Source: Vulcanimicrobiota bacterium | GTDB lineage: Bacteria > Vulcanimicrobiota > Vulcanimicrobiia > Eremiobacterales > Eremiobacteraceae | Direction: 5' to 3' | Length of the DNA: 64,000 nt | NCBI GenBank assembly: GCA_963805945.1 | Contig: CAWDVP010000002.1 | Coordinates: 480,001-544,000, forward strand | In this document: one piece after another, positions 10,959 to 21,047 of the stretch | Position numbering within the stretch: position 1 is the first letter of the stretch | Layout: each line of letters begins with the position of its first letter | Made by a program: the position numbers and the translations under genes | Notes under the pieces: model-generated | Databases searched by the model: none | Told to the model about the DNA's origin: nothing | Seen by the model: only the letters and a program-made list of their open reading frames with translations

Positions 10959-12596
10959 TCAGATCGACCACGCCCAAGTGTTCCAAAACGGCGTCACCGC
11001 GTGCGCCGGCAGGTAGTTCTTGAAGTCCGTGTTGATGACGTCGAGCCGCCGCACGTACCAGACGACGATGAACGGCAGCTGGTCTTGCATCTCTTCTTGG
11101 ACGATCGCGTAGTCGGCTTTGCGCTTCGCCTGATCGTAGTTGACGAGCGCGTCGGCCTCCGCATTGTCGAGCCGCCGGCTGCAGAAATGGTAGATGTTCC
11201 AGCCGTTCGGCGGCGCCATGCCGCACCGGATCAAGATGGAATCGTCGGGATCGATGCCGTTGGCCCACTCCTCGTAGGAGACGTCGAACTTGCCGGTCTG
11301 CTCGATGCCGTCGTTCGCCAGCGTCGCGTAGAGCTGGTTCGAGGGGAAGTTCTTGATCTCGATGGCGATGCCGAGCTGGTGCCACTGCTCCTGGATGACC
11401 TGTTGCGCGCCGGTCACCGTGGACGAACCGGTGAAGCCGACCATGGTGAGCGCGAGCGGCTGTCCGTTCTTGCTGCGCATGCCGTCCGGCCCGGCGTGCC
11501 AGCCGGCCGCGTCGAGCAGGGCCGCCGCGCGTTGTGGATCGTACGGATAGGTCTTCGCGCGCGCGTCGTACGCCCATAAGAAGCTCGGCTGATCGGTGTC
11601 GCCGACGGTGTTGACGCCGTGGCTGACCTTGTCCACCAGCTCCTGCCGGTTCGTCGCGTACGCGAGCGCCTGACGGACGCGCACGTCGTCGAGCGGCGGG
11701 TGCGACGCGTTGATGCCGATGTCGGCGAACTGCGTGAACTCCGTGAGCACGATCCGCGTGCCGGGCAGGCCCTTGAGGCTGGGCATCTGCGCTTCGGTCG
11801 CACGGTAGTAGAAATCGATCTCGTGGCTCTTCAGCTGCGTGAGGATGGTGTTGTCGTTGCCGATGATCTTCCACTCGATGCGCTGCAGCTTGGGCGGGCC
11901 GCGCCAGTACAGCGGGTTGGCGACGAACGTGACGTGCGAGCCGCGTTCGTACTCGACGACGCGGAACGGCCCCGTGCCGACCGGCAGGCGGTTGTAGGCG
12001 ACGTGGCTGATGTTCGGGTATTGCGCGAGCAGGTGCTTCGGCAGGATCGCGACCGTGTTGTTCGCCATGGTGAAGAACGAATTGACGAACGGCGAGAAAC
12101 GCTTCTTCAAGTGGATGACGACGGTGGCGTCGTCGCGCTTGTCGATGCGGTCGATGACGTCGTAGCCGACCCGGCTCACCACCGGGTTGTCCAGATTGAG
12201 CATCTGACGCCAGGTGTAGATGACGTCGTCGGCGCCAAACGGCGCGCCGTCCTGCCACTTCACTCCGCGCCGGAGGTGATAGACGATGGTGAGCCCGTCT
12301 TTGCTCACGCCGCCGTTGGCAAGGGTCGGTACCGAGGCGGCCAGTTCCGGCACGAGTTCGTTCTTGTCGTTCCAATTGAAGAGATAGCCGGCCCAGAACA
12401 TCGCGAGATCCTTGTCGATGACCTCGGTGCCGAGCAGCGTGTTGAGGTTATCCGGCTCCTGGCGGCTGGCGACGCGCAGCACGCCCGGGTGGGTCCACGG
12501 GTTGCCCTGGCCCGCCGTGGGAGCTTGCGTCGAGATCTTGGTGCAGCCGGCGAGCAGCACTGCCGCAGCGATGGCTCCCAACCGGCGTGCGCTCAA
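10959..12596 (-). CDS. Peptide ABC transporter substrate-binding lipoprotein (family 5)
   Basis: Lipobox LLAGC, PVGTGPF, DVRVRQALAYATNR. Confidence 0.92.
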   Translation of the reverse strand: MSARRLGAIAAAVLLAGCTKISTQAPTAGQGNPWTHPGVLRVASRQEPDNLNTLLGTEVIDKDLAMFWAGYLFNWNDKNELVPELAASVPTLANGGVSKDGLTIVYHLRRGVKWQDGAPFGADDVIYTWRQMLNLDNPVVSRVGYDVIDRIDKRDDATVVIHLKKRFSPFVNSFFTMANNTVAILPKHLLAQYPNISHVAYNRLPVGTGPFRVVEYERGSHVTFVANPLYWRGPPKLQRIEWKIIGNDNTILTQLKSHEIDFYYRATEAQMPSLKGLPGTRIVLTEFTQFADIGINASHPPLDDVRVRQALAYATNRQELVDKVSHGVNTVGDTDQPSFLWAYDARAKTYPYDPQRAAALLDAAGWHAGPDGMRSKNGQPLALTMVGFTGSSTVTGAQQVIQEQWHQLGIAIEIKNFPSNQLYATLANDGIEQTGKFDVSYEEWANGIDPDDSILIRCGMAPPNGWNIYHFCSRRLDNAEADALVNYDQAKRKADYAIVQEEMQDQLPFIVVWYVRRLDVINTDFKNYLPAHAVTPFWNTWAWSI

Positions 12597-13400
12597 TGGT
12601 GGTCCTTCCGCACCGCGTCAGGCCGCGCGCGCATCTCATCGATGAGCTCCACGATGCCGGTGGCCGCGGCGGCCATGAGCTTCTCGCCCTTGGCGGCGGT
12701 CGCTTTGGTGGGATCGCCCATGACGCTGGACTTCGATAGCGCGCTCCAATGCTCCATCATGACAAGCGGTCCGTCGCCGCCGACCAGGTCGGTCCAATAG
12801 TTCTTGGTGGGCTTGTGCGACAGCTCGCGCACCGCCTTGGACATGTCCACCAGGTCCGGCCGCAACGCGAGATAGATGGACGTCTCGAACTCGCAGGCGT
12901 GGTTCATGCCGCCGATCTTGTCCGACTCGCGCAGCGCTTCCGCCGCCGCGTGCACGCCCGGCGCGTTCCAGTAGTTGACCGCCGCTGCGAGCGCGCTCGT
13001 CTCCACCACCGTTAGCCGTGCCATGACGTCGACGAACGGCGTGTTGCTGCCGTGGCCGTTGACGATGAGGATGCGCTTGAAGCCGTGGTGCGCCAAGCTC
13101 TTGCACACGTCGACCCCATAGCGGATGAAGGTCTCGGCGCCGATGGTGATCGGCCCAGGGAAATCCATGTGGTGCGGGCGTGTAGCCGTGGTTGATCGCC
13201 GGCACGAGCACCGCGCGGTCGGCCGCCAGGGCGACCGCCCGTTCGCAGACCGCGGTGCAGAGCAGCAGATCGGTGTCGATCGGCAGATGCAGGCCGTGAT
13301 CCTCGAGCACCGCGACGGGGACGACCGCGACCTTGCGGGCGGCGGCTGCCTCTTTGATCTGCGGCCACGTCAAAGCGCCGTAGTGATACTCAATCGCCAT
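12593..13400 (-). CDS. Creatininase/creatinine amidohydrolase family protein, frameshift near 13175
   Basis: EDHGLHLPIDTD, VNGHGSN, HACEFETS, GDPTKATAAKG. Confidence 0.88.
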
Positions 13401-13461
13401 AGCGCCGCGCTTCTCCGCACGACGGCCCAAAAACTTCCCATATGACGGGACGGAATTACGC

Positions 13462-13513
13462 TTGACAGCCTGTTATCGGCGAGTTATACTCCTATCGTAC
13501 TAGTGAACTAGTA
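13462..13513 (+). promoter_or_regulatory. Consensus sigma70 promoter plus a YtrA-type palindromic operator
   Basis: TTGACA (13462)-17 bp-TATACT (13485); TACTAGT-ga-ACTAGTA at 13498-13513. Confidence 0.85.
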
Positions 13514-13540
13514 TAACAGTTAATAAGAAAGGAACCAGTC

Positions 13541-13663
13541 ATGCTAAGCAACCGCACCAACAACGACGGAGCCCAGACCATCGAGGACCTCAACCACCCG
13601 TTCGTCCGCCTGCCCATCGCAGGTACCGTCACCGTGTTCCAGGGCTGGGGCCCGAGGATCTAA
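13541..13663 (+). CDS. 40-aa small protein leading the ytrA-like operon (MLSNRTNNDGAQTIEDLNHPFVRLPIAGTVTVFQGWGPRI)
   Basis: RBS AAAGGA, ATG, high-GC3 codons, stop 5 nt before the GntR gene; absent from the ORF track. Confidence 0.7.
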   Translation: MLSNRTNNDGAQTIEDLNHPFVRLPIAGTVTVFQGWGPRI

Positions 13664-13668
13664 CCCAA

Positions 13669-14088
13669 ATGCCAGCCATCTTCACGGTCGACCCGCGCAG
13701 CGGAGTGCCGATCTACCTCCAGATCGTGGAGCAGGTCAAGCGCTCTGTTGCGCTCGGTGTCGTGTCACCGAGCGAGCAGCTGCCCACCGTCAAGCAGCTC
13801 GCGGCCGACCTCGTCGTCAATCCGAACACCGTCGCGCGGGCCTATCGAGAGCTCGAGCGCGATGGCGTCATCGAGACCATGGCCGGCCGGGGCTCATTCA
13901 TCGCCGGCACCGACACCGTCGCAGGCGCGAAGCGCGCCGTCGCTGACGTCGCCGATCAAGCAATCGTCCAAGCGGTCCGCGAGGGCAAATCGATGGGCCT
14001 GAATCGGCACGAATTGGAAGTTTTGTTCGAGCGTGCGCTCGATCGCTGGTACCCCACCGATGCGTCAGAGGAGACAACTGCATCATGA
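13669..14088 (+). CDS. GntR family regulator, YtrA subfamily
   Basis: PIYLQIVEQVK, LPTVKQLAADLVVNPNTVARAYRELE, GRGSFI; short C-terminus; followed by ABC genes. Confidence 0.92.
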   Translation: MPAIFTVDPRSGVPIYLQIVEQVKRSVALGVVSPSEQLPTVKQLAADLVVNPNTVARAYRELERDGVIETMAGRGSFIAGTDTVAGAKRAVADVADQAIVQAVREGKSMGLNRHELEVLFERALDRWYPTDASEETTAS

Positions 14089-15011
14089 CCACGCAACAAC
14101 CCACGATCATCGCGGTCCGCGGCCTGAGCAAGCGCTTCGGCACGACGCTGGCGGTCGACGACCTGTCGTTCGAAGTCGGCAAAGGTTCGATCTTCGGCCT
14201 GCTCGGCACCAACGGCGCCGGCAAGACGACGACCTTCAAGTGCCTGCTGGGGCTCGCGTTCCCGAGCAGCGGCGACGTGCGCTTCGACGGCGAAGCGCTG
14301 CGGCCGGAGCTGTTCGAGCGCATCGCCTACGTGCCGGAGCGCAACGCGCTCTACGGCTGGATGACCGGTAGCGACCACCTTGAGCTGACCAAGCGGTCGT
14401 TTCACCGGTACGACCCGGCGCGAGCGCAAGCGCTGCTGGACCTCTTCGCCTTCGACGTCAAGAAGAAGGTGAAGCAGATGTCCAAGGGCCAGCAGAGCGC
14501 GCTCGCGCTGACGATGGCCTTCGCCATCCGTCCCGACATCCTCGTGCTCGACGAGCCGTCGAGCGGGCTCGATCCGGTGCACCAGCGCCACGTGCTCGAT
14601 CTCATGATCGACGCGGCAGCTGGCGGCTCCACGATCCTGTTCAGCTCGCACCAGATCGGCCAGGTCGAACGCGCGGCGGACCATGTCGCCATCATGCACA
14701 AGGGCCGGGTCCTGCTGGCGGGCGACGTCGAGGAGTTGCGCGCCGGCGAGAAAGTCGTCGAAGCGACCTTCGACGGCGATGCGCCGCTGATCAGCGCGCT
14801 CGAGTCCGATCCGCACGTGCGCCGCGTGATGCGCCAAGGCCGCGTGCTGCGCGCCTACATCCGCGACGGCGGCAACGGCGTGGCCAACCTCATCGGCCAG
14901 GCCAAACCGGCGAGCCTACGCGTGCTCAACCAGAATCTCGAGGATATCTTCCTCGCGGCGGTCGGCGACGATTCGGCGTCGGCGATGGCGTCGCTGAGCC
15001 GGGAGAACTAG
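14085..15011 (+). CDS. ABC transporter ATP-binding protein (YtrB-like)
   Basis: GTNGAGKTT, MSKGQ, LVLDEPSSGLDP, SSH. Confidence 0.95.
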   Translation: MTTQQPTIIAVRGLSKRFGTTLAVDDLSFEVGKGSIFGLLGTNGAGKTTTFKCLLGLAFPSSGDVRFDGEALRPELFERIAYVPERNALYGWMTGSDHLELTKRSFHRYDPARAQALLDLFAFDVKKKVKQMSKGQQSALALTMAFAIRPDILVLDEPSSGLDPVHQRHVLDLMIDAAAGGSTILFSSHQIGQVERAADHVAIMHKGRVLLAGDVEELRAGEKVVEATFDGDAPLISALESDPHVRRVMRQGRVLRAYIRDGGNGVANLIGQAKPASLRVLNQNLEDIFLAAVGDDSASAMASLSREN

Positions 15012-15013
15012 GC

Positions 15014-15769
15014 ATGTACTACAAGGAGTACTTGCGCGTCCGCAATGCCGGGTTGTGGTATTGCGGAACCGTACTCGTCATCGCGCTCGTGATCGCCGTG
15101 CTCATGACCGTGCCGGGCCTGGACGGCGCGAGCGCGTCGCCCGACCGATCGCCGTGGGCCTTGTATTTCGCGGTCGCTTCCTTCGGAGGGGCGATCATGG
15201 CGACGGTCCTATGCTCCGCGCTGTCGAAGGAAAACGACGGCCACCTCGAACAGGCCTGGACCAAACCGGTGTCGCGCGCCACGTACGCCTCGGTGACCAT
15301 GGCGGTCGACGCGGCCGGCATCATCGTCTGCCAACTCGTGACGTTCGCGCTCATACTTTCCCATATGATCGTCGTCCATCACGCCACGCTGCCGTGGGCA
15401 CCGGACACGGCGTTGCAGCTTCTCCGGTTCACGATCTTCCCGCTCGCGTGGTACGCTCTGCTCGTCGCGTTCAGCGCGAACCTGCGCGGCCAAGCCGGCG
15501 TCGTGCAAGGCTTGAGCTGGGTGGTCGCGTTCGGACTCATCGCGCTGCTCGCGGCGCCGCTGCCGGCAGCGCTGCGTTTCGTGGTCCAGGCGATCGACTA
15601 CCTGAATCCCATCATCTACACCTCATACACCGATGGCAGCGCGCACGTGAGCAACGGCATGGAGCTCGGTGCGTCGTTCGGCGCGGCCGGGAGCGCCGCG
15701 GCGCTCACGGCGATCGCCGTCGCCAGCTGGTTCGCCACCGTGGCGCAATGGCGCCGGCTGCAGGCCTAG
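15014..15769 (+). CDS. ABC-2 type permease 1
   Basis: About 6 TM helices, ENDGHLEQAWTKPVSR, operon context. Confidence 0.8.
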   Translation: MYYKEYLRVRNAGLWYCGTVLVIALVIAVLMTVPGLDGASASPDRSPWALYFAVASFGGAIMATVLCSALSKENDGHLEQAWTKPVSRATYASVTMAVDAAGIIVCQLVTFALILSHMIVVHHATLPWAPDTALQLLRFTIFPLAWYALLVAFSANLRGQAGVVQGLSWVVAFGLIALLAAPLPAALRFVVQAIDYLNPIIYTSYTDGSAHVSNGMELGASFGAAGSAAALTAIAVASWFATVAQWRRLQA

Positions 15770-15780
15770 GAGAAAGCGAT

Positions 15781-16551
15781 ATGTACTATAAGGAGTTCTT
15801 GCGCGTCCGCAATGCCGTGCTGTGGTATTGCGGGACCATGCTCGTCATGGCGCTCTTCATCACGACGCTCGCCGTGCTGACCCCAGGCAACATCCAGGTC
15901 GACGCGCCGAACGCGACGATCGAGCATCTGCCGTGGGCGCTGCTCTTCGCGGTCGCGTCCTTCGGCGGCGCGATCGTGGCGACGATCCTGTGCTCCGCGC
16001 TGTCCAAGGAGAACGACGGGCATCTCGAGGTCGCCTGGACCAAGCCGGTGTCGCGCACGACATACGCCTCGGTGACCATGGCGGTCGACGCGGCCGGCAT
16101 CTTCCTCTGCCACCTCTGGACGTTCGCGCTCATCGTCATCCCGATACTGCTCTTGGCGCACCACACCGTGCTGGTCACCACCCCGGACACCGCGCTGCAG
16201 CTGTTCCGCTTCACGATCTTCCCGCTCGCGTGGTACGGCCTGCTCGTCGCGCTCAGCGCGAACCTGCGCGGTCAAGCCGGCATCGTGCAGGGCTTGAGCT
16301 GGGTCGTCGCGCTCGGGCTCATCGGAGGGCTCGCCGCGCCGCTGCCGGCGCTGCTGCACGGCCTGCTCCGCACGATCGACTATCTGAACCCCATCATCTA
16401 CGCCAGCTACAGCATCGGCAGCGGGAATTCGACGACCGGCATCGAGCTCGGTACGTCGTACGGCGTGGCCATGAGCGCAGCGGCGCTCACCGCGATCGCC
16501 GCCGGCGGCTGGTTCGCCGCCGTCGCGCAGTGGCGCCGGCTGCAGGCATAG
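15781..16551 (+). CDS. ABC-2 type permease 2, close paralogue of permease 1
   Basis: RBS AGGAG; MYYKEFLRVRN...WRRLQA. Confidence 0.8.
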   Translation: MYYKEFLRVRNAVLWYCGTMLVMALFITTLAVLTPGNIQVDAPNATIEHLPWALLFAVASFGGAIVATILCSALSKENDGHLEVAWTKPVSRTTYASVTMAVDAAGIFLCHLWTFALIVIPILLLAHHTVLVTTPDTALQLFRFTIFPLAWYGLLVALSANLRGQAGIVQGLSWVVALGLIGGLAAPLPALLHGLLRTIDYLNPIIYASYSIGSGNSTTGIELGTSYGVAMSAAALTAIAAGGWFAAVAQWRRLQA

Positions 16552-16561
16552 GAGACACGAC

Positions 16562-17326
16562 ATGTATTATCCGGAAGTGCTCCGCGTGCGCAACGGGCTG
16601 CTCACCGCGCTCGTCGCATTGACCGCAGTCGTGGTGGCATTCGCGCTGTTCATCCCTCCCTGCCGATCGTGCCATGTCTCAGTTTCCGCCGAGGTGGGCA
16701 CGATCGCGGTGATCGGCTGGGCCGCGGCGCTGCTTGCGGCAGTTTTCGCCTCCATCTACGCGGCGAGCCTCGCGACCGTCAGCGATGGGCATCTCGAGAT
16801 CGCGTGGACCCAGCCGGTCAACCGGACCGCCCAGGCCATCGGCATCCTGCTCATCGACATAGCCGGCATCCTCGCGGTCTTCGTGCTGGCGTATGGGGCC
16901 GGCTATCTCATCGGCTCGGTGTTCGAAGGGCGCTGGGTGCAGCTCACCTTCGACGGCGCATCGCTGCTCAAGACCGCGCGCTTCCTCGCCTTCCCGCTCG
17001 CGGTGTTCGGCCTCACGCAAAGCTTGACGTCGGGCATCAAAGGCAGCTGGTACGGTGCCGTCGTCGGTCCGGCGTGGCCCGTCATGATGGGGCTGTTCGG
17101 CCTGACGATGCTGCCGCTCGCCGCGCCGTGGCACGCGATCGTGCGCGTCCTCAACCTCCCTAACCCCATCAGTTATTTCCCGTACTGGGAGTTCGACGAG
17201 GGGATCAGGGGATTCCACACCTACGATTTCGGCTATGGCGTGCCGCTCGACGTCCTCGCACTGAGCTTGATCGCGCTCGTCGGCGTGATCATCGCGACGC
17301 TGCGTTGGCCCCGGCTGGAGGCTTAA
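16562..17326 (+). CDS. ABC-2 type permease 3, more diverged paralogue
   Basis: MYYPEVLRVRN, DGHLEIAWTQPVNR, WPRLEA. Confidence 0.78.
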   Translation: MYYPEVLRVRNGLLTALVALTAVVVAFALFIPPCRSCHVSVSAEVGTIAVIGWAAALLAAVFASIYAASLATVSDGHLEIAWTQPVNRTAQAIGILLIDIAGILAVFVLAYGAGYLIGSVFEGRWVQLTFDGASLLKTARFLAFPLAVFGLTQSLTSGIKGSWYGAVVGPAWPVMMGLFGLTMLPLAAPWHAIVRVLNLPNPISYFPYWEFDEGIRGFHTYDFGYGVPLDVLALSLIALVGVIIATLRWPRLEA

Positions 17327-17331
17327 TCAAA

Positions 17332-17421
17332 ATGCAATATGCGGCCACGAAATTCGTGATGAAGCTCGGCCCGGTGCTGTTGCGCTTCGATTTCGCGCTC
17401 GAGGACAGCCCCGAGCAATAG
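17332..17421 (+). CDS. Possible 29-aa small protein (MQYAATKFVMKLGPVLLRFDFALEDSPEQ)
   Basis: GGAG at 17317-17320, starts 5 nt after the permease 3 stop, host-like codon usage. Confidence 0.4.
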   Translation: MQYAATKFVMKLGPVLLRFDFALEDSPEQ

Positions 17422-17497
17422 CGGTCCCGCGCCGTTTGACGGGAAAAAGCCCGCGCGATAGGTAACAATCCCTACCCTTCACCTTCGCGTCGATATC

Positions 17498-19570
17498 GTG
17501 GGAAGCGCTCCTGTAGTGAACTACCTCAACCGGGACATCTCGTGGCTCGATTTCGATGCGCGCGTGCTCGCGCTTGCCGAGAACGAAGCCATGCCGCTGC
17601 TCGAACGCGTGCGCTTCCTGGCGATCTTCGCCCGCAATCTCGATGAGTTCTTCCAGGTCCGCATCGGCGGTCTGCAAGAGCAGCTAAGCGTGGGCGCCGG
17701 AGCGGTCAGCTCCGAGGGCCTGTCGGTGCCCGAACAGCTGCAGATCATCAAACCCCGCGTCGAAGAGCTCGCCGCGCGCAGCGTGCGCATCTTCGCCGAC
17801 ACGCTCAGACCCGCGCTGGCGACGGCTGGTATCCGCTTCGCCGACTGGGGCGACCTCGACGAGGCCGACCGCGCGCACCTCGGCAAGATGTTCTACGAGC
17901 ACGTCTTCCCCGTCCTCACGCCGCTCGCGGTGGATCCGGGCCACCCGTTCCCGTACATCTCGAACCTCTCGCTCAACCTCGCGGTGGTCGTCGGCGACCC
18001 GGCGGCCGCCGAACCGCGTATCGCGCGCGTGAAAGTGCCGCCGCTGCTGCCGCGCTTCGTGCGCCTGCCCGACGGCGAGCGCTTCGTGCCCGTCGAGCAG
18101 ATCATCGCCGCGCATCTCGATTCGCTTTTCCCCGGCATGCAGATCTTGGAGACGCACGCCTTCCGCGTGACCCGCAACGCCGACTTCGCGCTCAAGGAAG
18201 ACGAAGCAGAAGACCTGCTCGAGGCGGTCGAGTCGGTGCTGCGCATGCGCCGCCGCTCGCCCGACGCGGTACGGCTGGAGATCGAGCGCGCGATGTCCGA
18301 CGACGTGCGCGAACTGCTCGCGCGCGAGCTCGAGCTCGACGAAGGCGACATCTACGCGGTGGACGGGCCGCTCGACCTCGGCGGGCTGTGGGCGATCGCC
18401 GACCTCGAGAAGCCGGCGCTCAAGTACGAGCCGTGGCTGCCGCTCACGCCGGCGCAGCTCACCGCGCCCGTCGACCAGCAGCTGCATCTCTTCCGCGCGT
18501 TGCGCCAGGGCGACATCCTCGTGCATCATCCGTACGACTCGTTCCTCACTTCGGTCGAGGCGTTCGTCGATCAGGCGGCGCGCGATCCGCGCGTCATGGC
18601 GATCAAGCAGACGCTCTACCGCACCGGCGTGGACAGCCCCATCATCAAATCGCTCATCCGCGCCGCCGAGGCGGGTAAGCAGGTCGTCGCGCTGGTCGAG
18701 GTCACCGCGCGTTTCGACGAGGCGACCAACATCAATTTCGCGCGCGCGCTGGAAGAAGCGGGCGTGCACGTGGTGTACGGCATCGTGGGCCTGAAGACGC
18801 ACGCCAAGATCACGCTCGTCGTGCGTATGGAAGACTCGGGCATCAAGCGCTACAGCCACGTCGGCACCGGCAACTACAACCCGACCACCGCGCGGCTGTA
18901 CGAGGACATCGGCATCCTCTCCACCGATCAGGACCTCGGCGCTGACCTCACCGAGCTGTTCAACTATCTCACCGGCTACAGCAAGCAGAGCCGCTACAAG
19001 AAATTGCTCGTGGCGCCAGGCACGCTGCGCACCGCGCTCATCGAGCTCATCAAGCGCGAAGCCGAAGCGCCGGACGGACGCATCATCATGAAGATGAACA
19101 ACCTCGTCGATCCGACCATCATCCAGGCGCTGTACAACGCCTCGCAGGCGGGCACGCAGATCGATCTCATCGTGCGCGGCATCTGCTGCCTCGCACCCGG
19201 CGTGCCGGAGGTGTCCGAAAACATCCGCGTGCGCTCCATCGTCGGCCGCTATCTCGAGCATTCGCGCATCATGCGCTTCGGCAGCGACGCGCGCGGGCCG
19301 GAGTATTTCATCGGTTCGGCCGACGTCATGCAGCGCAATCTCGACCGGCGCGTCGAAGCGGTCATCCCGGTCACCGACCCGGCGCTCAAAGCGCGTCTGC
19401 AGGAGATCCTCGACGTCAATCTCACCGACGACGCGCTGGCCTGGGAGCTCGAGGCCGACGGCAGCTGGCGCAAAGTGCCGAACGTGCACAACTATAACAC
19501 CCATCGCCGCCTGCAAGAGCTGGCCACCGCCCGCTTCCAGGCAAACGCGACCATCGACGTCAGTGCTTGA
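17498..19570 (+). CDS. ppk1: Polyphosphate kinase 1
   Basis: NRDISWLDF, NLDEFFQVR, HPFPYISNLSLN, LKTHAK, GTGNYN, GRYLEHSR, RNLDRRVE. Confidence 0.97.
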   Translation: MGSAPVVNYLNRDISWLDFDARVLALAENEAMPLLERVRFLAIFARNLDEFFQVRIGGLQEQLSVGAGAVSSEGLSVPEQLQIIKPRVEELAARSVRIFADTLRPALATAGIRFADWGDLDEADRAHLGKMFYEHVFPVLTPLAVDPGHPFPYISNLSLNLAVVVGDPAAAEPRIARVKVPPLLPRFVRLPDGERFVPVEQIIAAHLDSLFPGMQILETHAFRVTRNADFALKEDEAEDLLEAVESVLRMRRRSPDAVRLEIERAMSDDVRELLARELELDEGDIYAVDGPLDLGGLWAIADLEKPALKYEPWLPLTPAQLTAPVDQQLHLFRALRQGDILVHHPYDSFLTSVEAFVDQAARDPRVMAIKQTLYRTGVDSPIIKSLIRAAEAGKQVVALVEVTARFDEATNINFARALEEAGVHVVYGIVGLKTHAKITLVVRMEDSGIKRYSHVGTGNYNPTTARLYEDIGILSTDQDLGADLTELFNYLTGYSKQSRYKKLLVAPGTLRTALIELIKREAEAPDGRIIMKMNNLVDPTIIQALYNASQAGTQIDLIVRGICCLAPGVPEVSENIRVRSIVGRYLEHSRIMRFGSDARGPEYFIGSADVMQRNLDRRVEAVIPVTDPALKARLQEILDVNLTDDALAWELEADGSWRKVPNVHNYNTHRRLQELATARFQANATIDVSA

Positions 19571-21047
19571 GCGCGAGCTCAAGCTCGGGGCGCCCCCTAG
19601 CTTCGTCTTCCCCGACCTCGCGAACGTCAGCGACGACGTCGCAGCGGTCGACGTCACCACGGAAAAACTGCGCACGACGTATTTCGACACGCGCGACCTG
19701 CGGCTCATACGCTGGGGCTGCAGCCTGCGCCATCGCGTGGGGCAAGGCTGGACGGTGAAACTCCCCGGGCGGGCGGAGTCGGGCAACGGCCTGCTCGTGC
19801 GCGGCGAGCACGAATTCACCGGCGATCCCGACGCGCCACCTGCCGCGGCGCTCGATCTGCTCACCGCCTACCTGCGGCGCGCGCCGGTGCGGCCGGTGGT
19901 GCAGCTGCGCACGACACGCCACATGGCGGCGCTGAGCTCCGCGCAAGGCGAGCGGCTCGCCGAAGCGGTCGAAGACGACGTCGCGGTGCTCGACGGGCGG
20001 CGCACCGCCGCGCGCTTCCGCGAGATCGAGATCGAGCTCAAAGCGGCCGCACCCGAGGACTTGCTCGACGCGGTGCTCGGCCGGCTGCGTGCCGCGGGGG
20101 CCGGCGCGGCGGACCCGACGCCCAAAGTGGTGCGTGCGCTCGGCGCCCGTGCGCAACGACCCCCGGAGATCGAGGTCGAAGAGCTCGCGCCCGACGCGAC
20201 CGCCGGCGCGGTTCTGCGGCGCGCGCTGTCGCTGGCGGTGACGCGGCTGCTGCGCCATGACGCGGGCGTGCGGCTGGGCACGGATCCCGAGGACGTGCAT
20301 CAAGCGCGTGTCGCGGTGCGCCGGCTGCGGTCGTACCTGCGGACCTTCCTGCCGTTGATGGAGATCGAATGGGCGACCGGCCTGCGGCAGGAGCTGGGCT
20401 GGCTCGCCGACGAGTTAGGCGGCGTGCGAGACGCCGACGTGCTCATGGACCGCCTGCGCAAACAGACCGCTGCGCTCACGGGCCGCGACCGCGCCGCCGG
20501 CGCCAAGATCCTCGCACTGCTCGCTGCGCAACGCGAGCGCGCGATGGAGCGCCTGCGCCTCGCCGTCCACTCCGATCGCTATCTCGAACTGCTCAAGCGG
20601 CTCGTCGATGCCGCGCGCGCGCCGCGCTTGGCGCCGATCTCCGCCGAATCGGCGATGCTGACACTGCCACCGCTGGTCGCGAGCCTGTGGCGCAACGTGC
20701 GCAGCATGGTCGACGATTTCGGCGCGGACCCGAGCGACGAGCAACTGCACAAGATACGCATCCGCGCGAAACGCTGCCGGTACGCCGCCGAGGCGGTGGC
20801 CCCGATCGCCGGCAAGCGCGCGCGCAGCTTCGCGGGCGCCGCCGCCGACGTGCAAGACGTGCTCGGCGAGCAGCATGACGCGGTCGTCGCCGCCGCCTGG
20901 CTGCGCGACCACGCGGCGACCGGGCCGCTCACCTTCGTCGCCGGACAGCTCACCGCGCTGGAACACGCGGCGGCGGTCCGTGCGCGCGCCCGCTGGCCGG
21001 AGGCCTGGCGCGCCTTCGATCGCAAGAGGCTGCGCGCATGGCTGTGA
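19563..21047 (+). CDS. CYTH + CHAD domain protein
   Basis: ERELKL, YFDTRDLRL, EIEIELK; VHQARVAVRRLRS, LHKIRIRAKRCRY, DVLGEQHD. Confidence 0.92.
   Translation: MLERELKLGAPPSFVFPDLANVSDDVAAVDVTTEKLRTTYFDTRDLRLIRWGCSLRHRVGQGWTVKLPGRAESGNGLLVRGEHEFTGDPDAPPAAALDLLTAYLRRAPVRPVVQLRTTRHMAALSSAQGERLAEAVEDDVAVLDGRRTAARFREIEIELKAAAPEDLLDAVLGRLRAAGAGAADPTPKVVRALGARAQRPPEIEVEELAPDATAGAVLRRALSLAVTRLLRHDAGVRLGTDPEDVHQARVAVRRLRSYLRTFLPLMEIEWATGLRQELGWLADELGGVRDADVLMDRLRKQTAALTGRDRAAGAKILALLAAQRERAMERLRLAVHSDRYLELLKRLVDAARAPRLAPISAESAMLTLPPLVASLWRNVRSMVDDFGADPSDEQLHKIRIRAKRCRYAAEAVAPIAGKRARSFAGAAADVQDVLGEQHDAVVAAAWLRDHAATGPLTFVAGQLTALEHAAAVRARARWPEAWRAFDRKRLRAWL

Noticed and set aside
12593..13400. Mycofactocin MftE assignment for the creatininase-like gene
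   Set aside because: No mftABC or other mycofactocin genes in the window; only a family-level call is supported.
13541..13663. Lasso peptide or other RiPP precursor interpretation of the 40-aa ORF
   Set aside because: No acidic ring-forming residue after a T-x-G site, and no cyclase, peptidase or other maturase nearby.
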